Assembly: GCA_017940575.1 (NCBI GenBank)
Contig: JAGAYJ010000033.1
Span: 1-49,351, forward strand
Direction: 5' to 3'
Length of the DNA: 49,351 nucleotides
From: Bacilli bacterium
GTDB taxonomy: Bacteria; Bacillota_I; Bacilli_A; RF39; UBA660
Position 1 is the first letter of the stretch; every line of letters starts with the position of its first letter. This document shows, in pieces, positions 20,136 through 30,439 of this stretch. Made by a program: the position numbers and the translations under genes. The notes below the pieces were generated by a model. The model did no database searches, was not told the DNA's origin, and saw nothing but the letters and a program-made list of their open reading frames with translations.

Positions 20136-20498
20136 TTATCCCTCCGTTATATAATTCATAATTTCGTCTATTCTAGTTTTATTATCCTTTAAATAAAGCT
20201 CTCCAATTAAAGCTTCTAGCCCAGTTGAATGTTTATAAGTAATAATATCTGTAGATTTAGAAGAATGACTTTTATGGTTTCTTGCTCTTTTAACAATATC
20301 TACCTCATCATCAGTTAAAAATTTAGCTTCAATCATTTTATTTAAAAATTTAGCTTGTGCTTTAGCACTTACATAGTTAACAGCTTCTTTTTGAAGTTCT
20401 TTTACTTTAACAATATTTTTACTAATTAAATATTTTCTTATATAAAGTTCATATATAGCATCCCCAAGATAAGCAAGTGCGAGTGAATTTAAATTCAT
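20136..20498 (-). CDS. mrnC: Mini-ribonuclease III
   Basis: LAYLGDAIYEL, VSAKAQA, STGLEALIG. Confidence 0.93.
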   Translation of the reverse strand: MNLNSLALAYLGDAIYELYIRKYLISKNIVKVKELQKEAVNYVSAKAQAKFLNKMIEAKFLTDDEVDIVKRARNHKSHSSKSTDIITYKHSTGLEALIGELYLKDNKTRIDEIMNYITEG

Positions 20499-20719
20499 TT
20501 TATCTTAGTAATTTTTAAAGTATAACCAAATGGTTTTAATATTTTAAGTAATGTATTTATTTGAGGATGTTTTTTTCTATTTTCAATAGTAGCAATCATT
20601 TCTCTTACAACGCCAGATTTACTTGCCATTTCTTTTTGAGTTAAACCTAAATCGCTTCTAAGCTTAATAAAATCACAAATTAAATCATATTCTAAATCTA
20701 GAGTTTCTGTCTCTTTCAT
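20495..20719 (-). CDS. XRE/Cro-family HTH regulator
   Basis: LRSDLGLTQKEMA..SGV....IATIEN...PQINTLLKI. Confidence 0.85.
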   Translation of the reverse strand: MKETETLDLEYDLICDFIKLRSDLGLTQKEMASKSGVVREMIATIENRKKHPQINTLLKILKPFGYTLKITKIK

Positions 20720-20759
20720 AAAATCACCAAATATATTTTATAATAAAAAAATAAAGTAG

Positions 20760-21770
20760 TCAATTGATTACTTTATTTTTTCTTGCTTTTTGAAGTTTTA
20801 AAGATAATTTTCTATTTTTTTCTTCTATACTAGCTGGCAAGTACGTTCTAGATATGATAAGCATTTTAAATAAAATTGGTGATGTAGTTATAATTTTTTT
20901 AAGAGTTGAAAGTTCTTTTTTTGTATAGCTTTTATTAAAATCTCTCATATACATCATAAATTCTTCACTGAATGGATTAATATCTGTATTACACCATGGT
21001 TTAATATTAAATAGTCCATAACTATGAAGAATTCGAGCTCTATTTTTTTCATTCATAATCTCATCATAACCCATTTGACGATATTTAGGATTATAAAATA
21101 GTTTTCTTTCAATATTATTAAAAAGGAAAGGATATACAGATATATTATATCTATTTGGCATAATAGAAATATCATTACTAAACATTATATTAAACAAATC
21201 TTGATCAGGATATGTTATATCTAAATTATTACAATTCATTATATCTTTTAGTCTATATTCAACATCCAGCTTTCCCCATTTATCTAAATTAAAATATATA
21301 ACTCCACTATTAAAGTATTTATCTAATGAAAGTTTATCAATATAATATGATTTTAAAGTTGAATCTTCCTTACAAGCAGATACAGCGCTATTACTATATT
21401 CTACAATATCACTTATATCATTTCTAATTATTGTATCTGAATCAATATAAAGTAAATTATCAATGCTGTATAAATCATTTATAATATTTGGAAATATTAG
21501 TCTAGCATTAGCAATCTGACTTCCTCTCCAAGAAGGAATATTAAATTCATCAATTGGATAATCTTCTAATTTATAAAAATTAACATTAACATTTTTAAAG
21601 CATTCTAATAATCTTTTAACTCTATCAAAATCTTCACTATTAAAATTAAGTGTTACAATGTGAAATATAATATCATCAAAATCACTATTTTGAACGAGTG
21701 AATATATAGATGCAAGCATTATATCTATGTAGTTTTTATCAATTGTATAAAGTATGTTCAAAATGATCAC
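20760..21770 (-). CDS. Glycosyltransferase family 8
   Basis: YIDSD DxD motif, YFNSGV, YPDQD, H...KPW. Confidence 0.88.
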   Translation of the reverse strand: MIILNILYTIDKNYIDIMLASIYSLVQNSDFDDIIFHIVTLNFNSEDFDRVKRLLECFKNVNVNFYKLEDYPIDEFNIPSWRGSQIANARLIFPNIINDLYSIDNLLYIDSDTIIRNDISDIVEYSNSAVSACKEDSTLKSYYIDKLSLDKYFNSGVIYFNLDKWGKLDVEYRLKDIMNCNNLDITYPDQDLFNIMFSNDISIMPNRYNISVYPFLFNNIERKLFYNPKYRQMGYDEIMNEKNRARILHSYGLFNIKPWCNTDINPFSEEFMMYMRDFNKSYTKKELSTLKKIITTSPILFKMLIISRTYLPASIEEKNRKLSLKLQKARKNKVIN

Positions 21771-21830
21771 CCTTCTTTTTTAGATAAATATTATAGCACT
21801 CCAGTTTAAAAAATAAAACCAAATTTGGTT

Positions 21831-23216
21831 TTATTTTAAAATATCTCTAGCTGCAACTAGACCAGTTGCTGCAGCAGTTACTATATTTCCAGCTTTACCA
21901 GCACCGTCTCCAATAAAATATATATTATCATCTTTTAATTTAAAATTATTATCTGTCTCTATTTCATTTGAGAAAAATTTAATTTCAGGTCCATAAAGAA
22001 GTGTATCATCGTTATTAATACCTGGAATAATTTTATCTAGTGTTTCTAATCCTTCTATTATGTTTGTTATTATTCTATGTGGTAGAACTAAAGCTAAATC
22101 ACCAGCGACACAGTCTTTAAGTGTTGGTTCTATAAATCCCTTATTAATTCTATGCCATTCACTACGTCTTGCATTCCTTAAATCTTTTAGACTTTGAATA
22201 ATTGGTTTACCATCACCTAGTACATTTGCGATTCTGGCTATAGATTCACCATAAAGTCTTGTATTAGTAACAGGTTCTGTAAGTGTTACTTTAGAAATAA
22301 ATGCAAAGTTAGTATTATCAGATTTTACATCTTTTAAAGCATGACCATTAACACATATATATCCATAATAATTTTCTTTAGCAACAAAGCCACCAGGATT
22401 TGTACAAAATGTTCTAATTTCATCAGAATAAGTTTTTGTTTTAATAAATATAGTTGGGTCATATATAACATTAGTAATTGACTCCATTATCTCTTTTCTA
22501 ACCTCTACTCTAACTCCTATTTCGATAGATTGAGATAAATATCTAATATTATATTTATCGGCTAATTCTTGTACCCATTTAGCGCCTGTTCTACCAGGTG
22601 CAACTATTACATGCTTTGCTTTAACAAAATCTTCCTTGGTTCCTTTTTTATAAGTTATAACGTGCTCTTCTTTTGAAATTGTCTTAATATCAATTACATC
22701 AGATCTATCATATAATGTAACGCCTTTTTCTTTTAGATAATTTGTTATTCCTTCTATATATTCAGGTAAATGATCAGATCCTAAATGCTTTTGTTTAATT
22801 ATAAGTAGTTTAGCTCCAGCAATTGCAACTTTTTTCTTTATCTCTTGTGCTTCATCCATATTAGATGGATAAATATCAGCATCCATATTAAATTTATTAA
22901 AAATAATTTCTGTATCATCTATTAGTTTATTTGCCTCGGATTCACTCATATATTTAGTTAAATCAGATTTACCAAGTCTGGGAATAAAATTTAATTTTCC
23001 ATCAGAAAACGTTCCAGCACCACCATATCCTGATAATACACCACATGGAATACAATTTTGGCAAGGTTTTCCGAGTTTATTCATAGGACAAATTCTATTT
23101 TTAACATTAGATCCTCTTTCTAATATTAATACTTTTAATTTTTTATTTTTTGTTATTAATTCATATGCAGCGAATAGTCCAGCAGGACCTGCGCCAATTA
23201 TTACTACGTCAAACAT
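21831..23216 (-). CDS. NAD(P)/FAD-dependent oxidoreductase
   Basis: GAGPAG Rossmann motif, GGAGTFSDGKL, RTFCTNPGG, IGDGAG. Confidence 0.88.
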   Translation of the reverse strand: MFDVVIIGAGPAGLFAAYELITKNKKLKVLILERGSNVKNRICPMNKLGKPCQNCIPCGVLSGYGGAGTFSDGKLNFIPRLGKSDLTKYMSESEANKLIDDTEIIFNKFNMDADIYPSNMDEAQEIKKKVAIAGAKLLIIKQKHLGSDHLPEYIEGITNYLKEKGVTLYDRSDVIDIKTISKEEHVITYKKGTKEDFVKAKHVIVAPGRTGAKWVQELADKYNIRYLSQSIEIGVRVEVRKEIMESITNVIYDPTIFIKTKTYSDEIRTFCTNPGGFVAKENYYGYICVNGHALKDVKSDNTNFAFISKVTLTEPVTNTRLYGESIARIANVLGDGKPIIQSLKDLRNARRSEWHRINKGFIEPTLKDCVAGDLALVLPHRIITNIIEGLETLDKIIPGINNDDTLLYGPEIKFFSNEIETDNNFKLKDDNIYFIGDGAGKAGNIVTAAATGLVAARDILK

Positions 23217-23279
23217 TCTATCACCTATTTAATTATATCAAAAAATAATATAGATGAAAATAAAAATAGACATATTAGT

Positions 23280-24533
23280 CTATTTTATAACAACTTCGCA
23301 TGTATTTTTAAAGTCTAATTTTTTAATTAAATTTAATAAATCTTCATATTTTAATGATTCATTTTCTTCATATATATCAGTTATGACTTCATTGTTATCT
23401 AAAATATCATTAGTTATTTTGTTATTTATACTATATATATTATCACTCATAAATATATTAGATGCAAGTATGACTTTTTTCTTTCTATTAAAGTCATTAA
23501 GTGTTATATCATGTCCTATATATTTATCTATAGTTTTAATTAATTTATTAGTATTTTTACATTCAGCCATAAAAGTAACAAGATAATGAGTATCTGTTTT
23601 ACTAATCATGAATTCAACACCATCATCGCATATTTTTTCTTTTTCTATTTCTTCTTCAAAATCAGATACACTTCCATATAAAGCATCAAAATAAATAGTT
23701 AAATATTTCATTATAAACCTTTTTTCTAAATCGATATTAGATATATTTAATTTATATGAGTAATATACTTTTGGAATAGATAAATTCATATTGATAGTGT
23801 CTTTTATCTTCGCCACTTTATCAGGCTCTTCATATTTAATTTTTTCGACATCATGCTTTTCAAAAGATTTATTTTTCTCATTTTCTCTAACTATATTAAA
23901 TACTTCTTTAGGATTTACATTACCTGTTACAACTAAAAACATATTAGATGGCTGATAGAATGCTTTATAACAAATATCTAAGTCTTCCTTAGTAGTATTA
24001 CTAACACTTTCAACGCTTCCTATCACCTTAACTCTAATAGGATTTTTAACAAATGAATTTTCTAGAGTTTTATTATATCCAACTCTTCCAATTTCATCAT
24101 TACCCATTTTAATTTCTTGAATAATTATGCCTTTTTCTTTTTCTACATTTTCATCAGTAAAATATGGTTCAAAGACAAAGTCAAGAAGCATATTTAAATT
24201 TTCTTTAAAGTGACTAGGTCCTGCAAAAAGATAAGATGTTCTATAGTTTGATGTATTAGCATTTGCATTTGCTCCATTTTGATCAAATATAGTAAATGGG
24301 TCAATTCCATCTTTTTGTTCAAACATTTTATGCTCTAGAAAGTGAGCAATACCATCAGGTGATGTAACAAGTTTTCCATCAATTTTAAACTTTGTATCAA
24401 CAGAACCATAATTAGAAGTTAATGTTGCATAAATATTATTTACATTGTCTTTTGGTACAACAAATACTCTAAGTCCGCTTGACATAGTCTCTTCATAAAG
24501 AGTAAGCCCTAGTTTTTTAAATTCTTTAGTCAC
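23280..24533 (-). CDS. ymfH: M16 zinc peptidase, YmfH-like (GTG start)
   Basis: PDGIAHFLEHKMFE with intact HxxEH; EKEKGII.QE. Confidence 0.88.
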   Translation of the reverse strand: MTKEFKKLGLTLYEETMSSGLRVFVVPKDNVNNIYATLTSNYGSVDTKFKIDGKLVTSPDGIAHFLEHKMFEQKDGIDPFTIFDQNGANANANTSNYRTSYLFAGPSHFKENLNMLLDFVFEPYFTDENVEKEKGIIIQEIKMGNDEIGRVGYNKTLENSFVKNPIRVKVIGSVESVSNTTKEDLDICYKAFYQPSNMFLVVTGNVNPKEVFNIVRENEKNKSFEKHDVEKIKYEEPDKVAKIKDTINMNLSIPKVYYSYKLNISNIDLEKRFIMKYLTIYFDALYGSVSDFEEEIEKEKICDDGVEFMISKTDTHYLVTFMAECKNTNKLIKTIDKYIGHDITLNDFNRKKKVILASNIFMSDNIYSINNKITNDILDNNEVITDIYEENESLKYEDLLNLIKKLDFKNTCEVVIK

Positions 24534-25786
24534 TTTAAATCACCTTCTAACATATATATTGTATTTATCTTAACTTTACTTGCTACGTTAATAACATCTT
24601 CCTTAGTAATTTTATCTATATATTTAATTCTATCTTCTAAAAGGTCTGTATCTAAATATTCATGAGACATATAATTATTCATTATACTCGCCTCATTATC
24701 AAGCATTTCTATGCAACTATTTTTATAAATAGTTCTAGCTTTTTCTATTTCAATATCATCAAAATTACCATTTTTGATATCTTCCATGCATTTTTTAATA
24801 AGCATTATTGTTTTATCTTTATTAACGGCATCAATACCTGCTTTAATAGTAAGTAAATTTGAAATTATATTATAAGATGATGATATATGATAACATAAAG
24901 AATTTTTTTCTCTTACATTTTTAAATAAAAGTGAATCTCCACTACCACCTAATATAAATGAATAAAAATTAAGAGCATATTGCATTTCTTTAACACTTTC
25001 AATATCAACAGTGCATCCAACCACTAATCTGCTTTGATTAATATGGGATTTTTCAACTTTTTCTTTTACTTTTTTTGTAGTTAATTTAATAAAATGTGAT
25101 TCACTAGATGGATTATTATTTAGTCTTGTAAAATTTTCTTTAAATAAATTTATAATCTCTTCTTCATTTATATTTCCAATAACTACAATATCAATAATGT
25201 CTTCATTAATAACTGACTTATAATAATTGTAAAGTTTTTTAGGTGTAACTTTGTTTAAGTCTTTTATATACCCACATCCTCTATAAGATAATGGACTTTT
25301 CTTATCCATTACTTCTAGCATTCTTTGATGAGCGTAGTTTGGTGGATATTCTCTAAATGTATCTATCTCATTTTTTATAATTCTTTTTCCTAAATCAAAG
25401 CCATATTTATTAAATGAGTTATTAGAAGCATCTGGATTAAGTAATAATTCAAGCATAAATAAAATGGATTTTTTGTTCATTCCAACTTCTGTGAATTCTT
25501 CATTTAAAAATGTACTTTTAAAACTTAATATATCGTAATTTCCTGATGTATATGCATTACTCGTTATAGATATTCCATATAAGTCTTCTACTTCCATATC
25601 AATTAGTCTACGGCTTGGATATTTTAGTGATGACTCTAATAGGCAATCAGATAAAAGCCTTCTAATTGTCATATCTTCTTTATTTATTTTTCTTTTAAAG
25701 TTAATCATAACACTGACTTTTTTAAATCGATTTGTTGTAATAATATGAAGATTATATTTTCCTAAATTATGCTTTTTATATTTCAC
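24530..25786 (-). CDS. ymfF: M16 peptidase-like, non-catalytic YmfF-like subunit (GTG start)
   Basis: TNRFK, 'SLLFKNVREKNSLCY'; no HxxEH; overlaps ymfH. Confidence 0.82.
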   Translation of the reverse strand: MKYKKHNLGKYNLHIITTNRFKKVSVMINFKRKINKEDMTIRRLLSDCLLESSLKYPSRRLIDMEVEDLYGISITSNAYTSGNYDILSFKSTFLNEEFTEVGMNKKSILFMLELLLNPDASNNSFNKYGFDLGKRIIKNEIDTFREYPPNYAHQRMLEVMDKKSPLSYRGCGYIKDLNKVTPKKLYNYYKSVINEDIIDIVVIGNINEEEIINLFKENFTRLNNNPSSESHFIKLTTKKVKEKVEKSHINQSRLVVGCTVDIESVKEMQYALNFYSFILGGSGDSLLFKNVREKNSLCYHISSSYNIISNLLTIKAGIDAVNKDKTIMLIKKCMEDIKNGNFDDIEIEKARTIYKNSCIEMLDNEASIMNNYMSHEYLDTDLLEDRIKYIDKITKEDVINVASKVKINTIYMLEGDLK

Positions 25787-25798
25787 AAAGTACCTCCC

Positions 25799-26497
25799 TT
25801 AAAGTGTATTTAAAGCTACTTCTATCATATTTAAAAATTTATTTTGTCTTTCTTCACTTGTTGTAGTATCACCTGTAACTAAACTGTTTGAAATAGTAAG
25901 TAGGCATGCTGCTTCTTTATTAAGTAGTCTTGCTTGATTAAATAGTGCGAATGACTCCATCTCAACACAAGTACAGTTATATAATTCATTTAGTTCTTTA
26001 AAGTTATCATTCATTTTATAAAAAACATCTGATGAATGAACACAAGATTCTTTTAAAACAATACCAAGCTTATTAGCTGATTCAATAATCTTATTATTTA
26101 AATTGTTAAAACCATTAATTATATTTATATTTTCTTTATTTTGCACATAAGCAAAATTAGAGTCTGTATAAACACTGGTAGCTAAAACTGTATCATAAAG
26201 TTTTAAATCAGTTGTATAAGCACCTGCTGTACCTATTCTAATTATTCTATCTACATCATAATATTTATAAAGTTCATATGAGTATATTCCCATACTACCC
26301 ATACCCATACCACTTGCCATAATAGTAACAAGTTTACCATTATAGTATCCAGTATATGCAAGTATTCCTCTTACACTATTAACTAACTTATAATCAGTCA
26401 AAAACTTAGAAGCTATCATTTTGGCTCTTAATGGATCACCTGGCATTATAACTGTTTTAGCAATTTCGCCTATCTTTGCTTCAATATGTTCTGTCAT
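25799..26497 (-). CDS. deoD: Purine nucleoside phosphorylase DeoD-type
   Basis: MPGDPLRAK, GMGMGSMGIYSYEL, IRIGTAG, VEMES. Confidence 0.95.
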   Translation of the reverse strand: MTEHIEAKIGEIAKTVIMPGDPLRAKMIASKFLTDYKLVNSVRGILAYTGYYNGKLVTIMASGMGMGSMGIYSYELYKYYDVDRIIRIGTAGAYTTDLKLYDTVLATSVYTDSNFAYVQNKENINIINGFNNLNNKIIESANKLGIVLKESCVHSSDVFYKMNDNFKELNELYNCTCVEMESFALFNQARLLNKEAACLLTISNSLVTGDTTTSEERQNKFLNMIEVALNTL

Positions 26498-26562
26498 ATA
26501 ATCACTCCTTATTATAAACGAATATTCTTAAATCATACTACAAATCCATTATATCAAAAAAA

Positions 26563-26590
26563 ATAGAAAATAGCACATACTATTTTCTAT
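26563..26590 (-). terminator. Intrinsic terminator after the RNase J gene
   Basis: ATAGAAAATAG/CTATTTTCTAT stem followed by a T-run on the minus strand. Confidence 0.6.
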
Positions 26591-28230
26591 ACTTCACTAA
26601 TGACAATTAAAATCATTGGTTTACACTCAGTTTCATGATATAGGTATTTTCCTAATTTTTCTCTAATACCAAGTTTAATTTTGTTAAAATCAACATAATT
26701 CTCTTTAGTATTTTCTTCTATTACTTCTAGAGAAATTCTCTCTGATTCTTTAATTAAATCAATATTATCTTTTACATATATAAATCCACGAGTTAAGATT
26801 TCAGGACCGGCAATAACTTTCTTAGAAGATTTATCAATAGTAGCACTTACAACAACTATACCATTATCACATAATAGTTCTCTATCTTTAAGTACTAACT
26901 CACCAACATCTCCTGAATTTTTACCATCCACTAAAATATCATCTACTTTTACTTTATTAAATGATTCAACTAATTCTCCATTATTAAATTCAACAACATC
27001 ACCATTTAATTTAAGTAATATATTTTCATGTGGAACACCAACTTCTTCAGCTATATAAGCATTATGTACTTGATGTCTATATTCACCTATTACTGGAAAA
27101 TAATATTTTGGATTCATTAAATTAATCATCATCATCAAATCTTCACTTGATGCATGATGTGATAAATAGTTTTTAGATAAAATTACCAAATTAACGCCTA
27201 ATTTAGATATATCATCATATAACTTAGTAGATGTTTTTTCTAGCCCATCATATTGAGGAGATGCAAATATAATTGTATCTTCTTCAGTAAGTTTTACAAA
27301 TTTATCTCTACCATCTACTATTCTTCTTATATTTGAAAATGGTTTTTCTCTCTCATCAGATACAAGAAGTACTATTCCATCATCATTAGTATGATTTAAG
27401 CCTAATATTTTATCTTTATCAAACTTCATATAATTTAAATCAATTGCTGTTGTAATCATTTTTTCTAGCTTTTTACCTAAGATTACAACTTTTCTATCAG
27501 TCTCCATTAACTCATTAAATAACTCTTGTATACGATAAAGTTGTGCATCAAATATGTTGAATAATATTCTTGTATCAACTTTAGTTAATTGTTCTTTAAT
27601 AACTGGAGTTATCCTATTGTTTGGTGATGTAAAACCTTTTTTATCAGCATACATTGATTCACTAAGTAAACATAATACTCCTTGTTTTCCAACATAAGCA
27701 AGTTTACCAATATCAGTTTTATATTCACCTTGCATAGTAGAATCAAACACAAAGTTACCTGTATATACAATTGCTCCGTCTTTAGTATTAATTACATAAC
27801 CAACATTTCCTGGTACGGAATGTGTAAGTGTGATTGGAAATATAGAAACATCTCCAAAATTAATTGCTTTATGAGGTTTAATAACTTTTAAATTTGATGT
27901 ATCAATTCCCTCTTCTAATAAATCATTTTTAATCATTTCTAAAGTAAATTCAGTTCCGTAAATATTAATATTAGGCAATTCTTCAATAATATCAAGAAGA
28001 GCTCCATATTGACTATCATGTCCATGTGATATAAAAATACCTTTTACCTTTTTTTGATTTTCTTTTAAATAATCAAAATTAGGAATAACATAATCAATAC
28101 CAAGCATTCGATCATCCGCATATTTAAGGCCTGCATCAAGAACAAATATAGAATCATCAACTTCTACAACATACATATTTTTTCCAATTTCATTTAGTCC
28201 ACCGAGTGCGAATATTTTTATTTTACTCAT
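26587..28230 (-). CDS. rnjB: Ribonuclease J (J2-like, degenerate metal motif)
   Basis: ALGGLNEIGKNMY, GPEILTRGF, KPMILIV; motif II reads HGHDSQ instead of HGHEDH. Confidence 0.82.
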   Translation of the reverse strand: MSKIKIFALGGLNEIGKNMYVVEVDDSIFVLDAGLKYADDRMLGIDYVIPNFDYLKENQKKVKGIFISHGHDSQYGALLDIIEELPNINIYGTEFTLEMIKNDLLEEGIDTSNLKVIKPHKAINFGDVSIFPITLTHSVPGNVGYVINTKDGAIVYTGNFVFDSTMQGEYKTDIGKLAYVGKQGVLCLLSESMYADKKGFTSPNNRITPVIKEQLTKVDTRILFNIFDAQLYRIQELFNELMETDRKVVILGKKLEKMITTAIDLNYMKFDKDKILGLNHTNDDGIVLLVSDEREKPFSNIRRIVDGRDKFVKLTEEDTIIFASPQYDGLEKTSTKLYDDISKLGVNLVILSKNYLSHHASSEDLMMMINLMNPKYYFPVIGEYRHQVHNAYIAEEVGVPHENILLKLNGDVVEFNNGELVESFNKVKVDDILVDGKNSGDVGELVLKDRELLCDNGIVVVSATIDKSSKKVIAGPEILTRGFIYVKDNIDLIKESERISLEVIEENTKENYVDFNKIKLGIREKLGKYLYHETECKPMILIVISEV

Positions 28231-28319
28231 AATTTCTCCTTTCTTCTTACATAATAAAAGACTAATTAATTATACCAAAAAATAATTAATTAGTCTACTT
28301 TTTATAAATAATCATTTTT

Positions 28320-29735
28320 TTATAAATTATTTTTTAATAAAGCTTTTAATTGATTTAAACTATCTACGTTTGGTATATATGTATATAGATTGCTTTTCAT
28401 TCCTGTATGATAATAACTTGAATCAGCTCCCATTAAACGGTTATGTGAAAATGTTAAATCACCTTTTATACTAATATATTTTTGAATATAATAATATAAA
28501 TCTTCCTTCTTAATATTAGTTTTTATGTTATTTTCTAAAATACTTGAAAATTTAAAGAAGTTTTTAAGCAAAAACATACCATCAGTTTGTTTTATAACTT
28601 CCTCTATTATAGTCATTTGCATCTCACCTCTAGTAAATAGGCTTGATCCTATTTCTTTTCTAGTTCTAGCAAGGGCAAGTGTCTCTAAACCATTTAATGT
28701 TCTTTGACCCGGTTGTATATAATAATTTTTACCATTCATTTTAACTGGATACTTATATGGAACATTAATGTTAACGCCACCTATTAAATCAACTAGTTCA
28801 ACAACTGATTGAAAATTAAACTTAATATAATAATCAATATTAATATCAAATAAATTTGCTACAGTTGCAACCACATTTTCATTTCCATACCATCCTGAAT
28901 GCGTAATTTTATCCATTTTTGAATTTCCTAAATTATATGCATATGTATCTCTAACTACATCAACCATAACAACATTTTTTGTATTCGGATTAATAGTCAT
29001 AAGAATTAATACATCAGCATTATATGTGCTTCCGCCTTGGCCATCAGCACCTATTATTAAAACAGTAAAGGAATCGTTTAAATCATGTTTTATATCTTTA
29101 ACTTTTTTAATAGATTTAGAAAGTGGATTAATTATTCTTTTAAATGAATCAGATAAAGAATTAAAATACTCTGAATATATTGATTGATAATCATTTGATA
29201 TTATTAATGCATCGATATTACCATTCAATAAATCATTCAAAGCAAGTAAGTAATCATTATATTTATAAAATGTGTTATTATCTACTTTGTTATTTTTACT
29301 CAAATATTCATAAGCTAAAACATTATTCTCATAATCTGATTCATTATCTGAAATACCAATTTTTTTATTATTTAAATCATCTATACTATTAATTGAAGAA
29401 TCATTTCTTACAATAATAGTACTTGTATATATAACCTCATCAGAAGTAATCTTACTCATCATTTTATCAAAAATATTTGTACTAAAATTAATAATAAGCA
29501 AAAATATATTTAACAAAATAGATACAATTATCATACTTTTTTTAAATCTAACATCTTTCCAAATTAATTTGTATATAATATATAAACTACCTATTAAAAT
29601 TATAAATAGTAAACTATTAATTAAAATTGGAATAATTTTATTAGCAAATACTAAATTATTAAATTGAACTTGAAATATAATTGTATTTATAATAAGAGCA
29701 CTCAATAAAGCAATACTTAACACTGGTCTTTTCAT
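28320..29735 (-). CDS. LCP family (CpsA/Wzg-like) polymer ligase with PBP-like accessory domain
   Basis: Three N-terminal TMs, 'ADVLILMTINP', 'RDTY', 'LVDLIGGV', 'ALARTR'. Confidence 0.88.
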   Translation of the reverse strand: MKRPVLSIALLSALIINTIIFQVQFNNLVFANKIIPILINSLLFIILIGSLYIIYKLIWKDVRFKKSMIIVSILLNIFLLIINFSTNIFDKMMSKITSDEVIYTSTIIVRNDSSINSIDDLNNKKIGISDNESDYENNVLAYEYLSKNNKVDNNTFYKYNDYLLALNDLLNGNIDALIISNDYQSIYSEYFNSLSDSFKRIINPLSKSIKKVKDIKHDLNDSFTVLIIGADGQGGSTYNADVLILMTINPNTKNVVMVDVVRDTYAYNLGNSKMDKITHSGWYGNENVVATVANLFDINIDYYIKFNFQSVVELVDLIGGVNINVPYKYPVKMNGKNYYIQPGQRTLNGLETLALARTRKEIGSSLFTRGEMQMTIIEEVIKQTDGMFLLKNFFKFSSILENNIKTNIKKEDLYYYIQKYISIKGDLTFSHNRLMGADSSYYHTGMKSNLYTYIPNVDSLNQLKALLKNNL

Positions 29736-30439
29736 ATCTCACCTATTATGTCTAATTGATTATCATTAAAAATTATATCAGCATATTTTTTATCGATTTT
29801 TGATACTTTTTTATATGCTTTTTTTAAAGATAAATAATCTCTTTTTTTGGTACAATGTGAATCGGTTGCGACAAAATCAATTAGTCTTTCTTTTATTAGT
29901 TTTTTAGCAAATTTATAAGTTTTTAAACTTGTCTTATTTAAAATAAGACTTGTACTATCTAGTTGAAGTAAAACGCCATTTTCTTTTAATATACGATAGT
30001 TATCAATATTTCTATAATTAATATAAAACTCTGGATGCGCAAGTATTGGATAATATCCATTATCAGCTAAATCACACAATGATGAAACTATATTATCAAA
30101 ATTTCTATTCTCATTTCTTTTAAATTCAACTAAAACATATTTAGAATTATTTAATGAGATTATTTTTCTTGTTTTTAAAAGTTTAACTGTATTATCACTA
30201 TACATTATTTCATTTCCTAAATATAGTTCAACTCCAAGTTTTTGAGCTTCTTCTCTTAAAATTTTAAAATGATCTACTATCTTTAAAGCTTTTTCTTTTT
30301 TATCATGACTCATATGTGGTGTACAAACTACTTTATTCACTCCTATTTTTTTTGCTTGTTTTAAATATTTGATTGATTGTTCTAAAGATTTAGATCCATC
30401 ATCAACATCATAAATAATATGTGTATGAATATCTATCAT
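29732..30439 (-). CDS. CpsB/CapC PHP-family tyrosine phosphatase
   Basis: IDIHTHI...DDGS, CTPH, AHPE, ATDSH. Confidence 0.92.
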   Translation of the reverse strand: MIDIHTHIIYDVDDGSKSLEQSIKYLKQAKKIGVNKVVCTPHMSHDKKEKALKIVDHFKILREEAQKLGVELYLGNEIMYSDNTVKLLKTRKIISLNNSKYVLVEFKRNENRNFDNIVSSLCDLADNGYYPILAHPEFYINYRNIDNYRILKENGVLLQLDSTSLILNKTSLKTYKFAKKLIKERLIDFVATDSHCTKKRDYLSLKKAYKKVSKIDKKYADIIFNDNQLDIIGEI

